Source of the DNA: Gekko japonicus
Taxonomy: Eukaryota
Direction: 5' to 3'
Length of the DNA: 64,000 bases
Assembly (NCBI RefSeq): GCF_001447785.1
Contig: NW_015162474.1
Location: 1,304,417-1,368,416 of the forward strand
Below are positions 26,501 to 38,120 of this stretch, in pieces (within the stretch, counting starts at the first letter, position 1; each line of letters starts with the position of its first letter). The notes under the pieces were generated by a model, which searched no databases, was not told the origin of the DNA, and worked only from the letters and a program-made list of their open reading frames with translations. The position numbers were made by a program, and so were the translations under genes.

Positions 26501-29500
26501 TCTTCAACAAGTGCACATCATTTCCCAGCATATGCAGTTTTGTGAAACTATGTGCTCAAATGCCATAATGACAGAGAAATCCTTATTTACAGGTTTGATT
26601 TACAGACTCCATGAAAGAGCTTAGGGGTATACTTGGATTCCACCTTGCTGCTTAAGACAGGTTGACAGTGTGGCAACAAAATATTATCTTAATTACATTT
26701 CACCCAAAGAGCTATCCTTTCTAGACTCTGCAAATCTAGCCACATTCATCTAATGTTTTATAACTTTATTATAAATGCCCTCTACATGAGGCTGCTTTAC
26801 TTAGTGCAAATTGCAGCAGCGTGTCTCTTGAGTAGGACAACCCATTATGAATGTATATTATACCCATGAACATATTAACCCCTATGCACTTCATTGATTG
26901 TCTATTGGGTTCCAGTTTTAACTCCAGATCCTCACTTCTAAGCCCTCTATGACCTGGGATTCACACCTGAAGGATCATCTTTCCCAATATATATCTGTAC
27001 ATCATCAGAATGTTCTTGTTGAGATGCATGCTCTTCTTTGGCTTGATCATGGTTTCTTTATGACACAATTCAACCTTTTTGGAACAGCCACTCAGAAGAA
27101 GTCAGGAGGCCATCATTATCAATGCCCAGGAAAAGCAAGTTAACACAGTACTTTTAAAAACTGCATTTCTTTACATTTTACTGGCAAAAATGCATACTGT
27201 TTATTAAGGCTAAGGTTATTCTTGTCTGGATTGGCTAAGTGGTTACTGTAGATTTTGCTGCTGCATATTGTTCTAACTTTAGTTATATGCCATAATGGCC
27301 AAAATTTTATAAGTCTCCTTGAGCATGGAGAAAAATCTGGTTGTTAGTGTTTTGCTTATTAATAAATAAATGTTACACATTTAGGATTATCCTTGAAAGT
27401 GGCCCAGAAATTTGGAATAATTATTTACTTCAGATATATAATTCTTATATATTTATACTTTGCATACACATGAACAACCATATGGACAAGGAGAATCAAA
27501 TAGATATTGTTCACCTTGACTTCCAGAAAGCTTTTGATAAAGTTCCTCATCAAAGGCTCCTAAGCAAGTGCAAAAATCATGGGATAAAAGGACAAGTCCT
27601 TTTATGGATCAAAAACTGGCTAATTAATAGAAAACAGAGTGTGAGTATAAATGGGCAATTTGCTCAGTGGAGAGTGGTAAGCAGTGGGGTACCGCAGGGA
27701 TCAGTACTTGGTCCACTGCTTTTTAACTTGTTCATTAATGATTTGGAGTTGGGTGTAAGCAGTGAAGTGGCTAAATTTGCAGATGATACGAAGTTGTTCA
27801 GGGTGGTGAAAACCAGTGAGGATTGTGAGGCACTCCAAAGGGATCTGTCAAGGATGGGCAAGTGGGCGTCAACATGGCAAATGGGGTTCAATGTGGCCAA
27901 GTGCAAGGTGATGCACACTGGAGCCAAAAGTCCTAAATATAAATACACATTGATGGGGTCTGAACTGGCAGAGACTGATCAAGAGAGAGATTTTGTAGTA
28001 GATAACTCACTGAAAATGTCGAGACAGTGTGTGACTGCAATAAAAAAGGCCAATGCTATGCTGGGGATTATTAGGAAGGGTATTGAAAACAGATCAGCCA
28101 ATATCATAAGGCCCTATATAAATCAATGGTGGGACCTCATTTGGAATACTGTGTGCAGTTCTGGTCACCACACCTTAAAAAGGATATTATAGCTTTGGAA
28201 AAAGTACAGAAAAGGGCAACTTGAATGATAAAAGGGTTGGAACACTTTCCCTATGAGGAAAGGTTAAAGCGCTTAGGGCTCTTTAGCTTGGAGAAATTAC
28301 GACTGATGGGTGACATGATCGAGGTTTATAAGATTATGCATGGGATAGAGCAGGTAGAGAAAGAGGTACTTTTCTCTCTTTCTCACAATACAAGAACTCG
28401 TGGGCACTTCATGAAATTGCTGAGTGGTCGGGTTAGAACGGATAAAAGAAAGGACTTCTTCACCCAAAGAGTGATTAACACATGGAATTCACTGCCACAG
28501 GAAGTGACGGCGGCTACAAGCATGGACAGCTTCAAAAGGGAATTAGATAAGCATATGGAGCAGAGGTCCATCAGTGGCCACAAGGTATAGATAGGGACTC
28601 TGGGGCAAGTGATGCTCTGTCTTCTTGGTGCTTGGGGGGGGGGTCAACAGAGGGAGGGCTTCTAATGTCCTGGCCCCACTGGTGGACCTCCGGATGGCAC
28701 CTGGTATTTTTGGCCACTATGTGACAGAGTGTTGGACTGGATGGGCCTTTGGCCTGATCCAACATTGGCGTCTCTTATGTTCTTATTTATATGCATATAT
28801 ATTTATACTTTTCATTTAGTACTATGTTTTAGCAGAAATTTTCCCACTTCTGCCCATTTGTACTGGACAGAAGAAATTGTATCTCTTTATTTTAAATTCA
28901 GGAACAAAAACCTGGAGAATAAAATAGACTTTCAGCACATCATACCATTCCCTATATTATATCAGCATACTGTATCACTATAGTAGGATAATTTCATGCT
29001 GATAACTGCATGTTAAGTGCTTAATATAAGATTAAAGAAAAATATCATTAAGTATTTTGTTACCCTTAGTAGTTCAGCTGCTAGAACAGTTACTGAAGTA
29101 GTCCCATCACCAACTTCATCATCTTGAACCTTGGACATATCTATAAGGAGAATGTTACCCTATCAGCTTTATTACTGAAATATCATATATCTAGTAGTAT
29201 CATATAGTACTAGAAATTATATACAGAAACTAATTTGGAAACAAAATTCCGTTACTTTTTATAGACTACAGACAAAGACTGTGTGATCTATTTTGCAAGT
29301 GTCCTGGACAGTCTTTCCCCCAGCCCAATCCCCTCCACCCATGGGCATCAGGCAAGTAATTTTGTAAAACAAGTGCAAGGTGACTGAACATTCATAATGT
29401 TCAGCTTTTCTTAGCATAGGATATCAATTGCCTTTGGTGCAGAGATAAATTATGATTTAGTGGGTAAAGTGCTATAGCCAGACTGAGGAAATGTCAGATA

Positions 29501-32500
29501 ACCAGTATCTGTTTCATTAGAGACAAACTATAAATAAAAATCTATCTTAGTGCAACAAAATATGCTTATAATAATTCACTTTGTCAAACATACCAACCAA
29601 AACCTTGGCAGCAGGGTTGTCAACTCCAATAGCTTTCAAGATGGTTGCCCCATCATTAGTTACTGTCACTGTGCCCTCTCTTCCACTACTGAGAAGAATC
29701 TTGTCCTGTACAATCCAAGTTTAGGGGATTATTAAACATTTGATTCACAGTGATAACAGTGAAATAGCCAATATATTTCAGAATTTAGAAATATCTTACC
29801 ATTCCTTTAGGCCCCAAAGTGCTCTTAACTAGGTCTCCAATGGCAATAGCCCCAACGAAAGATGACTAGAACAAGAAGTAGTTTCAAAAAGAGGTAGTAA
29901 CTAGAATGTTATCAAGCTACACCTATTAAAAATGAAATGCAGTTAGGTCTTACCATCACTGACGCTAGAATTATACTTATTACTGAACTCACCAGTCGGG
30001 CTGTCTCTGCTCTCTCTTCATCAGCGCCAGCTTTGAAAATGTTCACAGGTGCTAGGGACATGGATGCCTGAAATAATGGTAATCACAGCAATATTTATTG
30101 TAGCATGAAGAACCATGCACTTCACACTATCATTGCTACATGAACTTTGCTGTACCTATCGTCTTCATTTTACCTAGATGTATTTGTACAACTAAGTTTA
30201 CCAGGTGCACTGGGGCAAATGTATGAATGAATTACATTATCTTAATTTCGATATACCTGCATCTTTTTTAAAGCTGTAACAAAACTTATTTTAGTCTCAA
30301 AACTTATTTTAGCCTCAATTTTATCCCCTATTTCCTATGACAATTACACTAGTTCTTAATATTTATATGGTGACTACAAGCCAACTTTTTCAATGCTTTC
30401 CTTACTACTCAGCCATCTCACAGGTTCCATGAACCCCAGCATAGCCTTTCCGGGAATCACTTTTTAAGAGTAGAAAAGTTGGCTAGATCCAACTCACAAA
30501 TCAGATATAAGGTTTTCACCTGCAGAGAACTGGGTAAAAGGCAGATCTAGATAATTTTAAATGGATCCGCATGAATTCATATGTTTTTTACATTAAAACA
30601 AAATAAAACCACCATCATATTGTGGATCAGGTCTTAGTCTATAGGCAGCGCCACAATTCCTGATAATCGATGCTTTGGATCCATGTTTTTGCACCATGGT
30701 GTTGCAACGAAGCAATGAAACTGTGAATTTTGCAGTGCAGACTGTGACTATGGATGTGTAAATGATCTGATGAAGAGTTTTCCCTGACCGTACTTTGAAA
30801 TCATAAGGATCCATGTTTTTGTGCCATGATGGCACCTCAAAGTGATAGATCAATGATTACTGTGCTTCTGTCTGTGGCCATGGATGTGATGAGTGATTTG
30901 ATGGTGAGTCTGGGTTAAGCTAATGAAAAAATCCTGAGGATTTGTACCTTCAAACTTACATCAAATCACATATCCTGTTCATGCCCAGAAACTACAACAT
31001 AAAAATCACAAATCCATCACTCTGTGGCACTGCTACAGTGCAAAAACATAGTTCTAAGGCATGGGTCCTTATTATTTTTGTGCTGGGTCACACCAAACTG
31101 ATGATCAAAAAACATATCCTACTCATGGCCACAGACTGCACCACAAAGAAACACAGCCATGACACAAAAATATGAATCCAAAGCAGGGATCCTCCTGAAT
31201 CCATATGATTTTATGTGGGGTTATCCCCAGCAAATCACTCATCACATTTGTGGCCAGAGTCTGCACCACAGAAATCATGGATCCACTGCTTTGTGGAGCC
31301 ACCATGGTGCAAAAACGTGGATCCAAAGCATGATTTTAAAGTGAGATCCCAGAAAACTGACCATCAAATGGTTTATCATATCCATGGCCACAGACAGCTC
31401 CACAAAATTCATGCAGCATCCATCACTTTTTGGATGCCACAGTACAGAGAATCCATGTGTTTTGTGGTTCAGTCCACTGACATGATATGTGAATTTACAG
31501 TCAATTTGCATACAGCAGGTGGGGGGGGGGGGCACAAAAACTCAGATCCCACCCCTGGCTGATGCTTTGCTGCCGGTTTTTTTAGTAGAAATTTTGGGCT
31601 GGGGGGGGGGGGACTTCTATGAAATATTTTTTTCTTTTAAATGAACTCAGAACCTACAGCAATTTTCCAGTCCTGTTATTTGTTCTTTAGAAATCAGTGG
31701 AATTTGCTAAAACACAGAGTGCAACAATCTAGCATACTCTCCCATATTTTTGTATACAGTGTACCTGCTATTTTACTGATTATTAAAAACCTTAGCTTTC
31801 TTTTAAATCCAGCATCTATGCCAACATGCAAAGTTATAAACTATGCGTAATCTACCTTGTGTCCCTGTGGGAAAGGTGGATAATAAATTACATAAACAAC
31901 TTTAAAAATATATTGTTGTTGTTAAAGCAGCCAAATAAGATTAGGTGCAATATTTCAATTTTCCCCATAATTTTGGAGGTTTTTTTCCCCTGAACATTTT
32001 CCCCATAGGACTTCAACACATCCAGAAATTTTACATCTATAATTGCACTGTCAGTCTCGTGAGTGGAACTAAATGTAGAGCCTGTTTCAGAAATCCACTT
32101 CACCAAGGAAGCCATGAGAACCCTTTAAAAGGTATACAGGGGGAGGGACAAGAGAGACCAAGAGATCAAAGTAACTTATACTTTAATACCTATCTTTACG
32201 ACCACCCTGTAAAGTAGGTCAATATCCACCGCCGTAATAAATCGCTAAACTAAGGCTCGCCTAAATTCACAGCAGAGGCGATATCTGAATCCCACGGCAT
32301 CCGTTTAGCCGCAATGCTGTACAAGCTACAGGAGTACAAGAACGTGCGATAAGCAGCAGAGGCCCGAAGGCAGCCCAGCGCGCCCCGAGCTCGTCTTGCC
32401 GGCAAGAACAGCACCCCCCCCCCGCCCGCCCGCTCCCCTGGCGAGGCGTAACTGGCAGGGGACTAAACGAGGAGAGGAAAAAGGAACAGCACCACGCGCA

Positions 32501-32778
32501 CGTCACACACCCTCGGAGAAACGTCCGGATTAAGACCTAAGAGAGGTTCGAGGGCTGCAACCTCGAGTGCGTCTGAAAGGCGTGTTGATGCCGCTATTCC
32601 TCCCTCAGACTCTTTCTTCTCCTCCTCCTCCTCCTCCACCCCCCCCCCCACCTTCGAACAATTCTGGAAGGTTCGACCGCTCCTTAGCACGCCACGCACA
32701 TCCCGAAAATGGAAACACGTTACGGCCCCCAAATCCATCTGAAGGCCCGACCTTGTCCCCCTCGGTCCGACTCACCAT
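14962..32778 (-). CDS. CCT2: T-complex protein 1 subunit beta (chaperonin CCT-beta), 16 coding exons, 535 aa
   Basis: join complement(32776-32778, 29993-30067, 29800-29865, 29594-29705, 29064-29140, 26333-26445, 25188-25390, 23092-23192, 22461-22588, 22266-22369, 21195-21314, 20462-20590, 20267-20370, 17950-18049, 17363-17504, 14962-14992) = 1608 nt, all GT-AG; motifs [32 protein letters not shown]. Confidence 0.98.
15042..16961 (+). mobile_element. Non-autonomous Helitron-like element, copy 1 (CCT2 intron 15)
   Basis: A|TCTTTCCTTATATATAATTG 5' end; 3' hairpin GTTCGTTGT-N10-ACAACGGGC then CTTATTCCTAG|T; same termini as 62126-63070; no TSD. Confidence 0.8.
15880..16060 (+). mobile_element. 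CORE/L2-related SINE fragment inside the Helitron
   Basis: tgggtgattttggaccagtcac..cagcctaacctacctcacagggtcgttgtgg..atgatgtaagctgct, a common squamate SINE body and tail. Confidence 0.6.
17076..17280. mobile_element. hAT MITE (CAGTGTTCCCTCTAAGCTG TIR family)
   Basis: Perfect 8-bp TSD gttataag (17068-17075, 17281-17288); TIRs at both ends. Confidence 0.92.
17363..17504 (-). CDS. CCT2: CCT2 exon 15
   Basis: [47 protein letters not shown]. Confidence 0.95.
17528..17570. repeat. (TAT)n microsatellite
   Basis: About 14 perfect units just upstream (in transcript orientation) of the exon 15 acceptor. Confidence 0.95.
17950..18049 (-). CDS. CCT2: CCT2 exon 14
   Basis: [33 protein letters not shown]. 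Confidence 0.96.
18331..18545 (-). mobile_element. Squam3-type tRNA SINE
   Basis: Minus strand GGGCTGTGGCATAGTGG.. head, GGCAGCTTCATGTGTGTGTTCATG tail; homologous to 22670-22879 and 41938-42275. Confidence 0.8.
20267..20370 (-). CDS. CCT2: CCT2 exon 13
   Basis: [34 protein letters not shown]. Confidence 0.96.
20462..20590 (-). CDS. CCT2: CCT2 exon 12
   Basis: [42 protein letters not shown]. Confidence 0.96.
20802..21005. mobile_element. hAT MITE, same family as 17076-17280, inverted orientation
   Basis: Perfect 8-bp TSD gtcccatg (20794-20801, 21006-21013); reverse complement aligns end to end with 17076-17280. Confidence 0.92.
21195..21314 (-). CDS. CCT2: CCT2 exon 11
   Basis: [39 protein letters not shown]. 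Confidence 0.96.
22266..22369 (-). CDS. CCT2: CCT2 exon 10
   Basis: [34 protein letters not shown]. Confidence 0.96.
22461..22588 (-). CDS. CCT2: CCT2 exon 9
   Basis: [43 protein letters not shown]. Confidence 0.96.
22670..22879 (-). mobile_element. Squam3-type tRNA SINE
   Basis: Minus strand GGCTCAGTGGTAGAGCATCTGCTC..GGTTCAATCC (A and B boxes). Confidence 0.8.
23092..23192 (-). CDS. CCT2: CCT2 exon 8
   Basis: [33 protein letters not shown]. Confidence 0.96.
24010..24867. mobile_element. Penelope-like element remnant (GIY-YIG endonuclease plus inverted pLTR)
   Basis: Minus 24010-24360: [60 protein letters not shown]; plus 24360-24867 repeats [15 protein letters not shown], then [11 protein letters not shown] and the pLTR tail. 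Confidence 0.85.
25188..25390 (-). CDS. CCT2: CCT2 exon 7
   Basis: [67 protein letters not shown]. Confidence 0.96.
26333..26445 (-). CDS. CCT2: CCT2 exon 6
   Basis: [38 protein letters not shown]. Confidence 0.96.
26780..27170 (+). mobile_element. Decayed L2 3' fragment
   Basis: ctctacatgaggctgc..ttagtgcaaattgcagcagcgtgtctcttg..cacctgaaggatcatctttccc resembles 61280-61510. Confidence 0.6.
27462..28795 (+). mobile_element. 5'-truncated CR1 LINE (RT + 3'UTR) in CCT2 intron 5
   Basis: [49 protein letters not shown]; CTTATGTTCTTA tail; candidate 16-bp TSD tatatatttatacttt (27446-27461, 28796-28811). Confidence 0.95.
29064..29140 (-). CDS. CCT2: CCT2 exon 5
   Basis: [25 protein letters not shown]. 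Confidence 0.96.
29594..29705 (-). CDS. CCT2: CCT2 exon 4
   Basis: [37 protein letters not shown]. Confidence 0.96.
29800..29865 (-). CDS. CCT2: CCT2 exon 3
   Basis: [22 protein letters not shown]. Confidence 0.96.
29993..30067 (-). CDS. CCT2: CCT2 exon 2
   Basis: [25 protein letters not shown]. Confidence 0.96.
30620..31460. repeat. Degenerate ~130-bp-unit minisatellite in two opposite orientations (foldback)
   Basis: ggatccatgtttttg.. at 30677 and 30807; reverse-complement units at ~30960-31450 (e.g. caaaaacgtggatcc ending 31324). Confidence 0.8.
32661..32675. promoter_or_regulatory. Heat-shock element
   Basis: aTTCtgGAAggTTCg, three perfect inverted nGAAn units ~100 bp into intron 1 of a chaperonin gene. 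Confidence 0.7.
32776..32778 (-). CDS. CCT2: CCT2 exon 1 coding part (ATG only)
   Basis: gccgccgccATG|gtgagt: strong Kozak context followed directly by the donor, inside the CpG island. Confidence 0.9.
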
Positions 32779-32943
32779 GGCGGCGGCGATCTCGGAGCCT
32801 CTCCTCGAGCCTTTCCAACAGCCTCGTGCCCGGTCTTACGGCAGCGCGCGGAACCTCTCAGCCACCCCCAACCGACACCGGAAATGACCCTTTCTGACTG
32901 CGCCTCTTATCCGCCGGAGGAATGGCTTGAGACAAATAAAACG

Positions 32944-32964
32944 TTGCCTCTTGGGAGATGTAGT
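32944..32964 (-). promoter_or_regulatory. ZNF143/Staf site with ACTACA (THAP11-associated) extension
   Basis: Minus strand ACTACATCTCCCAAGAGGCAA matches ACTACAnnTCCCAnnAnGC. Confidence 0.75.
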
Positions 32965-34558
32965 TTTCGTCCAGAATTGCTAAAGTAGTAAAAGGAGTCA
33001 GTCCTCGGTACAATTAAAAGGAGTCTTGCGGTACGTTAAAGACCAACAACATTTTAGTCCAGTGTAAGATTTGGTGGACTAGAGCTCACTTTTTCAGTAT
33101 AATGCCTGGGTCCGCACTATGTTGTCCCCACCTTTTACAGCCAGGTTTTAAGTAGCTGAGCCTAGCTAACAAATATTCTCTTTTTGTGTGACATGTACAT
33201 TTTACATCATTCTCTTTCATAGTCCCTTAGCTCTATTTCCTATTTTCATACTTCCCACTGGTGGCATCTAATGATGTAGGGTAAAAATGTTAGTCTTTAA
33301 AGTGGTATATAGAATTGCAGCTGGAGATCTGGGGACAGAGAGAGTGAAGCAATGTGTCGTTATATAGCCATCTTCCAAAGTTGCCGTTCCTGTCATTCTG
33401 GGAGAACTCCAGGCCCCACTTTGAGATTGCTAATCCAATTGCCACAAGACTTGTTTGTTTTTTGCTGAAGCACACTAAGTACAGCTACCGCTCTCAAGTT
33501 AGTGCAACCAACAGTTTCTTTCCTTATGCTCTTGAGCAGTACATTCTAAAGCTGACAGTGATGGTCATACTAGTGCAGTACAAGGTTTCAAAACAGCTAG
33601 ATTTGGATAATTGACTGCTAAACATAACCCCCATAAATTCATTGGATTGGATCCATGGGAAAAAATTTGCTTGCCAATAGGGTCATTGCATAAGTGAAAG
33701 TATGAAAAAAGCTTACACTGGCACTAAATCAGGCACAGTGATCCTGGACTGTTGTTCCACTTGTGCAAGATTTAGCGCAAGTAGGCAACCAGCAGGATGC
33801 AGGGGGACTTCCTGGCAACTGTGAAAACCTAGGCTGGCATCACAGAGATGTTGCCAGCAATGTGATAACATCACTTCTTGTGTGTGCCTGCCCAAGTTGC
33901 CGACAATGTTGCTGCAACACCAGCGTAGGCCTCTCCCTGCTGCCCATAAGTCTACTCCCCAGCTAGCTGGGGGCCTAGCAACCCTGAATCCCTCTATTTT
34001 TTTCCCCTAAAAATGGGTTCATATCCCTATTTTGAATCTGACAATTATTTGGAACCATTAAAATGGTTGTGACTATAGATATCTACAAAGCTGAATGGTA
34101 GGTCTTGAGCAAACGTCGAAATAAGATTAGATAAAACACTAAATTCAGTCATATTTCTGATTGCGCATTACTAAATCCAACCACTATTCATGTTTTATCC
34201 TTCTTTGCAGATAAAGATTGTATCCCAAAGACTTACTTAAAACATGTAGTTTTGACAGTGATTGTTCCACAGTAGATGCCATGTTAGATTGTTGCAGCAA
34301 AAATAAACAGGGGTCTTATAACACCTTAAACACTTATAAGGTTTCACTCTGGTGGCAGGCCCTGAACAGAAAATGAAGTGTTACTAAGAGTATTTGAAAG
34401 TCACTCTGGTTCAGCTTCCCCCATTCATTTCTTTTATTTTTTAACACCCCCATTATTTTGTTGTTTGTTTTCAGGTGACCAAAACATTCATGAACCATTG
34501 GATAGTTATTGCTGTTGTGTGGAGGGGGAACAGCTCATTATCCTGTTTTATAGAAGTG

Positions 34559-35505
34559 GTTGTTGTTGTTGTTCAGTTGCACAGTCGAGTCCGACTCTTT
34601 GCAACCCCATGGACCACATCACGCCAGGCCCTCCTGTCTTCCATCATTCGCCAGAGTTTGCTTAATTTCATGTTTGTTGCCTCAATAACACTGTCTAACC
34701 ATCTCATCCTTTGCCGTCCCCGTCTTCTTTGACCTTCAATCTTTCCCAGCATCAGGGTCTTCTCCAGTGAGTGCTCCCGTCTCATTTGGTGGCCAAAGTA
34801 TTTGAGCTTCAGCTTCAGTAACTGGCCTTCCAGGGAACAGTCAGGGTTGATTTCTTTTAGGATTGACTGATTTGATCTCCTTGCAGTCCAAGGGACTCTC
34901 AAGAGTCTTCTCCAGTACCATAATTCCAAAGAATCTATTCTTCAGCGCTCAGCCTTCCTTATAGTCCAACTCTCACAGCCATACAGTACTACTGGGAATA
35001 GGGTTGCAAGTCAATCTTCGCCAGGAGCAAGGGGCTGCCGGCCGGCATCTGGTGTGTGTGCGCACCGCATGCACGTCACCCGGAAATGACGTGACAACGC
35101 CAGGCACGCTGGGGGCGGGGCCACGGCCATACAAGGGAAAACCATAGTTTCCCCTCGTATGGCCGTGGCCCCGCCCCCAGCATGCCCGGCGTGGTCGCGT
35201 CACTTCCAGGTGACACGCACGTCGGGGAGGAGTTCCCCCCGAGGCCCGATCCGGCGGCGCTGGGGAACGGGCCTCTGGGGCGGGGGTTTCCCCGCCCCCC
35301 GGGGGGACTTGGGAAGCCTTAGCTGGGAATACCATTGCTTTGACCATACAGACTTTTGTTGGCAAGGTGATGTCTCTACTTTTTATTATGCCGTCAAGGT
35401 TTGCCATCACTTTCCTCCCAAGGAGCAGGTGTCTTTTAATTTCATGGCTGCAGCCACCATCTGCAGTGATCTTGGGTCCCAGGAATGTGAAGTCTATCAC
35501 TGTCT
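34559..35505 (-). mobile_element. Bov-B/RTE LINE 3' portion, interrupted by a MITE
   Basis: ELWYWRRLLRVPWTARRSNQSILKEINPDCSLEGQLLKLKLKYFGH..WRDVVHGVAKSRTRL; CTGAA(CAA)n tail. Confidence 0.93.
34999..35321. mobile_element. CpG-rich hAT MITE inserted in Bov-B
   Basis: TAGGGTTGCAAGTC / GACTTGGGAAGCCTTA ends; TSD actgggaa (34991-34998) / gctgggaa (35322-35329); Bov-B frame resumes across it. Confidence 0.85.
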
Positions 35506-35902
35506 ATCACCTGAAATGAGCAGTAACTTTGCCTGCCAAGTGAAAAGCAGTAAATAATTCCTACTTCCACAAACAGCTGGTAACTAACCATTTATTATGC
35601 CATTGCCATGGCTGGGTAAGAACTGCAATTAAGCAGAACCAAAAGGAGGAAAATTTAAAGGGCCAGTAGCCCTAAACAAGAAACTGAAACAATACTTTTA
35701 CTTTCCTTCTTGGGCAGCCTAGTATTTGTTTGGGCATTTTTCACCTGTTTTTCTCAGCTCAATGAGAACTCAGAGCAGCTGACAATGCCAAGCAGCAACT
35801 GAAATTAACAACCACAAATACTATAACAGGTTACTTAATAAAAAATCTATCTGCTATCAGCACCCTTCTTGCCAGCAGTCTTCCCACTGACATGCACTTA
35901 AA

Positions 35903-36020
35903 AACATGAGAGAAGCCATGTTGGATCAAGCCAATGGCCCATCCAGTCCAACACTCTGTGTCACATAGTGGCCAAAAAGCCAGGTGCCATCAGGAGGTCC
36001 ACCAGTGGAGCCAGACTCCA
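35903..36020 (-). mobile_element. CR1 3'UTR fragment
   Basis: Reverse complement of 28670-28785. Confidence 0.8.
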
Positions 36021-36249
36021 GAAGTCCTTTCTTCTGAGAGGCAACTTCCTCTTATGCTTACAGGAGCTAGAAAGAAGGGGCAGAGCAGGTGGTTACAGCT
36101 CTGCCCTTGATGGTGACAATCTCTCCTTCAGCACCTTCCTCAAGTATTGCAGTTACATTTTTGTTTTAGAAAACACAAACAGATCTGAAAAATGAAAGGA
36201 CAGCAGGAAAAAATACTACAATGTAATTGCTTTCAATCCTAGGGAATAT

Positions 36250-36900
36250 TTATTTATTGGAATTACAGCCAACCCTCGGGCTCAGAGCGGGTAACAATAA
36301 TCAAATAAAATTATTAAAAACTTATACACTGCTAACAATCAATACGATGACACATGAAAAGGGAGCACAACACAGTGCTCCTTATTCTGGGGAAAAGTGA
36401 ATAACATACAGATTAATAAATAAGGGGATAGCAGCAAGGGAAAGGGACAGGGAGAACAAGGGAGGCCAGTCTGAATGAAAACCATCGTTGTCCTCACCCA
36501 TAGGCCTGACAGAACATCTCAGTCTTACAGGCCCTGCAGAATTGCATCAGGTTTTGCAGAGCCCAGGTCTCACTCTACAGAGTTACACCCGGTCGGGGCC
36601 AGGACCAAAAAAGCTCTGGTTGAGGACAGCCGGATATTTTTTGGGCCAGGGATCACCAGTAAGTTGTTATCATTGAGCATAATTCTCTTTGGGGGATATA
36701 CCAGGAGAGGTGGTCCCACAGATATGTTGGTGCCAGACCATTTAGAGCATTAAAAGTTAGTACCAAAACCTTGAATCTGATCCAGTATTCGATTTGGAGC
36801 TGATGCAGCTGGCGGAGCACCGGATGAATGTGGGCGCTAAGTGGGGTTCCAGTAAGAACCCACACCACCACATTCTGGACCAGTTGGAGTTTCTGGCTTG
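36250..36900 (-). mobile_element. L2 3' fragment
   Basis: HIHPVLRQLHQLQIEYWIRFKVLVLTFNALNGLAPTYLWDHLS; tail ttacccgctctgagcc. Confidence 0.8.
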
Positions 36901-38120
36901 TGTGAAAGCAATCTTTGTGTTAGGAAAACGATCCCCTCAACACATTCCCACAAGTGCTGCACATTTACAAACACCCCAGATTTACTGCTAATGTGGAGAT
37001 TGTCTGAACGGCTCACTGTCCAGTCACACCCAAATCTTTCTGCTTTATTGCATAATACATGACTCTCAGATTTGGGGCTGTCAATAAACAACATAGGGAC
37101 TGATTTCCTATCCATCCCATGTCCTCACTGATCATTGACTTGTTTATACTTCTCACAGAAACAATCCCTTTCCAGGGGTTGTATTACATCAGAGTGCAGA
37201 TGGAGGTACTGTGTTTGAATATCCTTTCAAAGAATTCCTTGCAGGTAGAAAACTTCCATGGCAAGGAGAAGGTTTCTATGGTCAGTTGCTTTGTGTAGAG
37301 AACTTTGTATGCACAGAGGATCATTCAACCATGTGCTATCCTCCTGCTTGGGTAACACGGGAATTAGAGAGAGAAAATGAACTGTATAAAAAGATTGAAG
37401 GCTGGATATCAAAGGCTGTATTAGAAAGTCCATAGGACTGTATTGTATTTCCCAGCCAAATGCCTATCCTTAACATGGCCCTATATTCAGCATTTTCTAC
37501 TTGAACAGATTTGCCCCCCAAAGAACGTTGAAATTATTGCCCTTTTGAGATCAGTAGGTTATTTCTTCAAAGTTATCCCAATCCCTTTGAGCACAGTAAC
37601 AGTTAAGGCAAAATGCCAACTACAAACTGAGGTAGGGACTGCTATACTCAGTAAATAAATAGTTTGTTTTCATAATAAACTTGAATAATTCAGAAAGATG
37701 GAGCAAGCCATGACAGTCACAGCCAATAAAAATGTATTGTGTATAATGCATGAAAGAAAAGTTTAAATTGGCTTGACTGTAAGAACTCAAAAAGACATAG
37801 CAATCCCTGAATCAGAAACCCAATGAGCACTGCACATGTTTACATAGTAAAAATCAATATTTTATTGCCATGCTACAATTCGTATGAAGCTGGCACTGGT
37901 AAGGGGACAATGTTATCAATATTACAGAACACATTTTAAAATGGAAATCTGGTAAGCTCAATGAAAACGCAAGCCAAAATTAATTGGTAGTACATGGTGG
38001 TTGAAAATAAAAAACATACTATGCATAGTATAATATCATTTTGTCTTGAAAGGAAGATTGGAATGTTCAACAAGAACTAGGGGAAGGGAAATTCAAACTA
38101 AGTTTTTGTGTGAGAGAGAT

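Larger units (their letters stand above)
32200..33030. promoter_or_regulatory. CpG island / CCT2 promoter and exon 1
   Basis: Dense CpG against a CpG-depleted background; ETS-type CCGGAAAT 32878-32885; YY1-like GCCGCCAT over the start codon. Confidence 0.9.

Noticed and set aside
30620-31460. CRISPR-like reading of the spaced repeats
   Set aside because: Whole units are homologous (no unique spacers), the context is vertebrate, and there are no cas genes
32567-32887. Proline-rich antisense ORF over CCT2 exon 1
   Set aside because: Expected by chance from GC-rich, low-complexity CpG-island sequence
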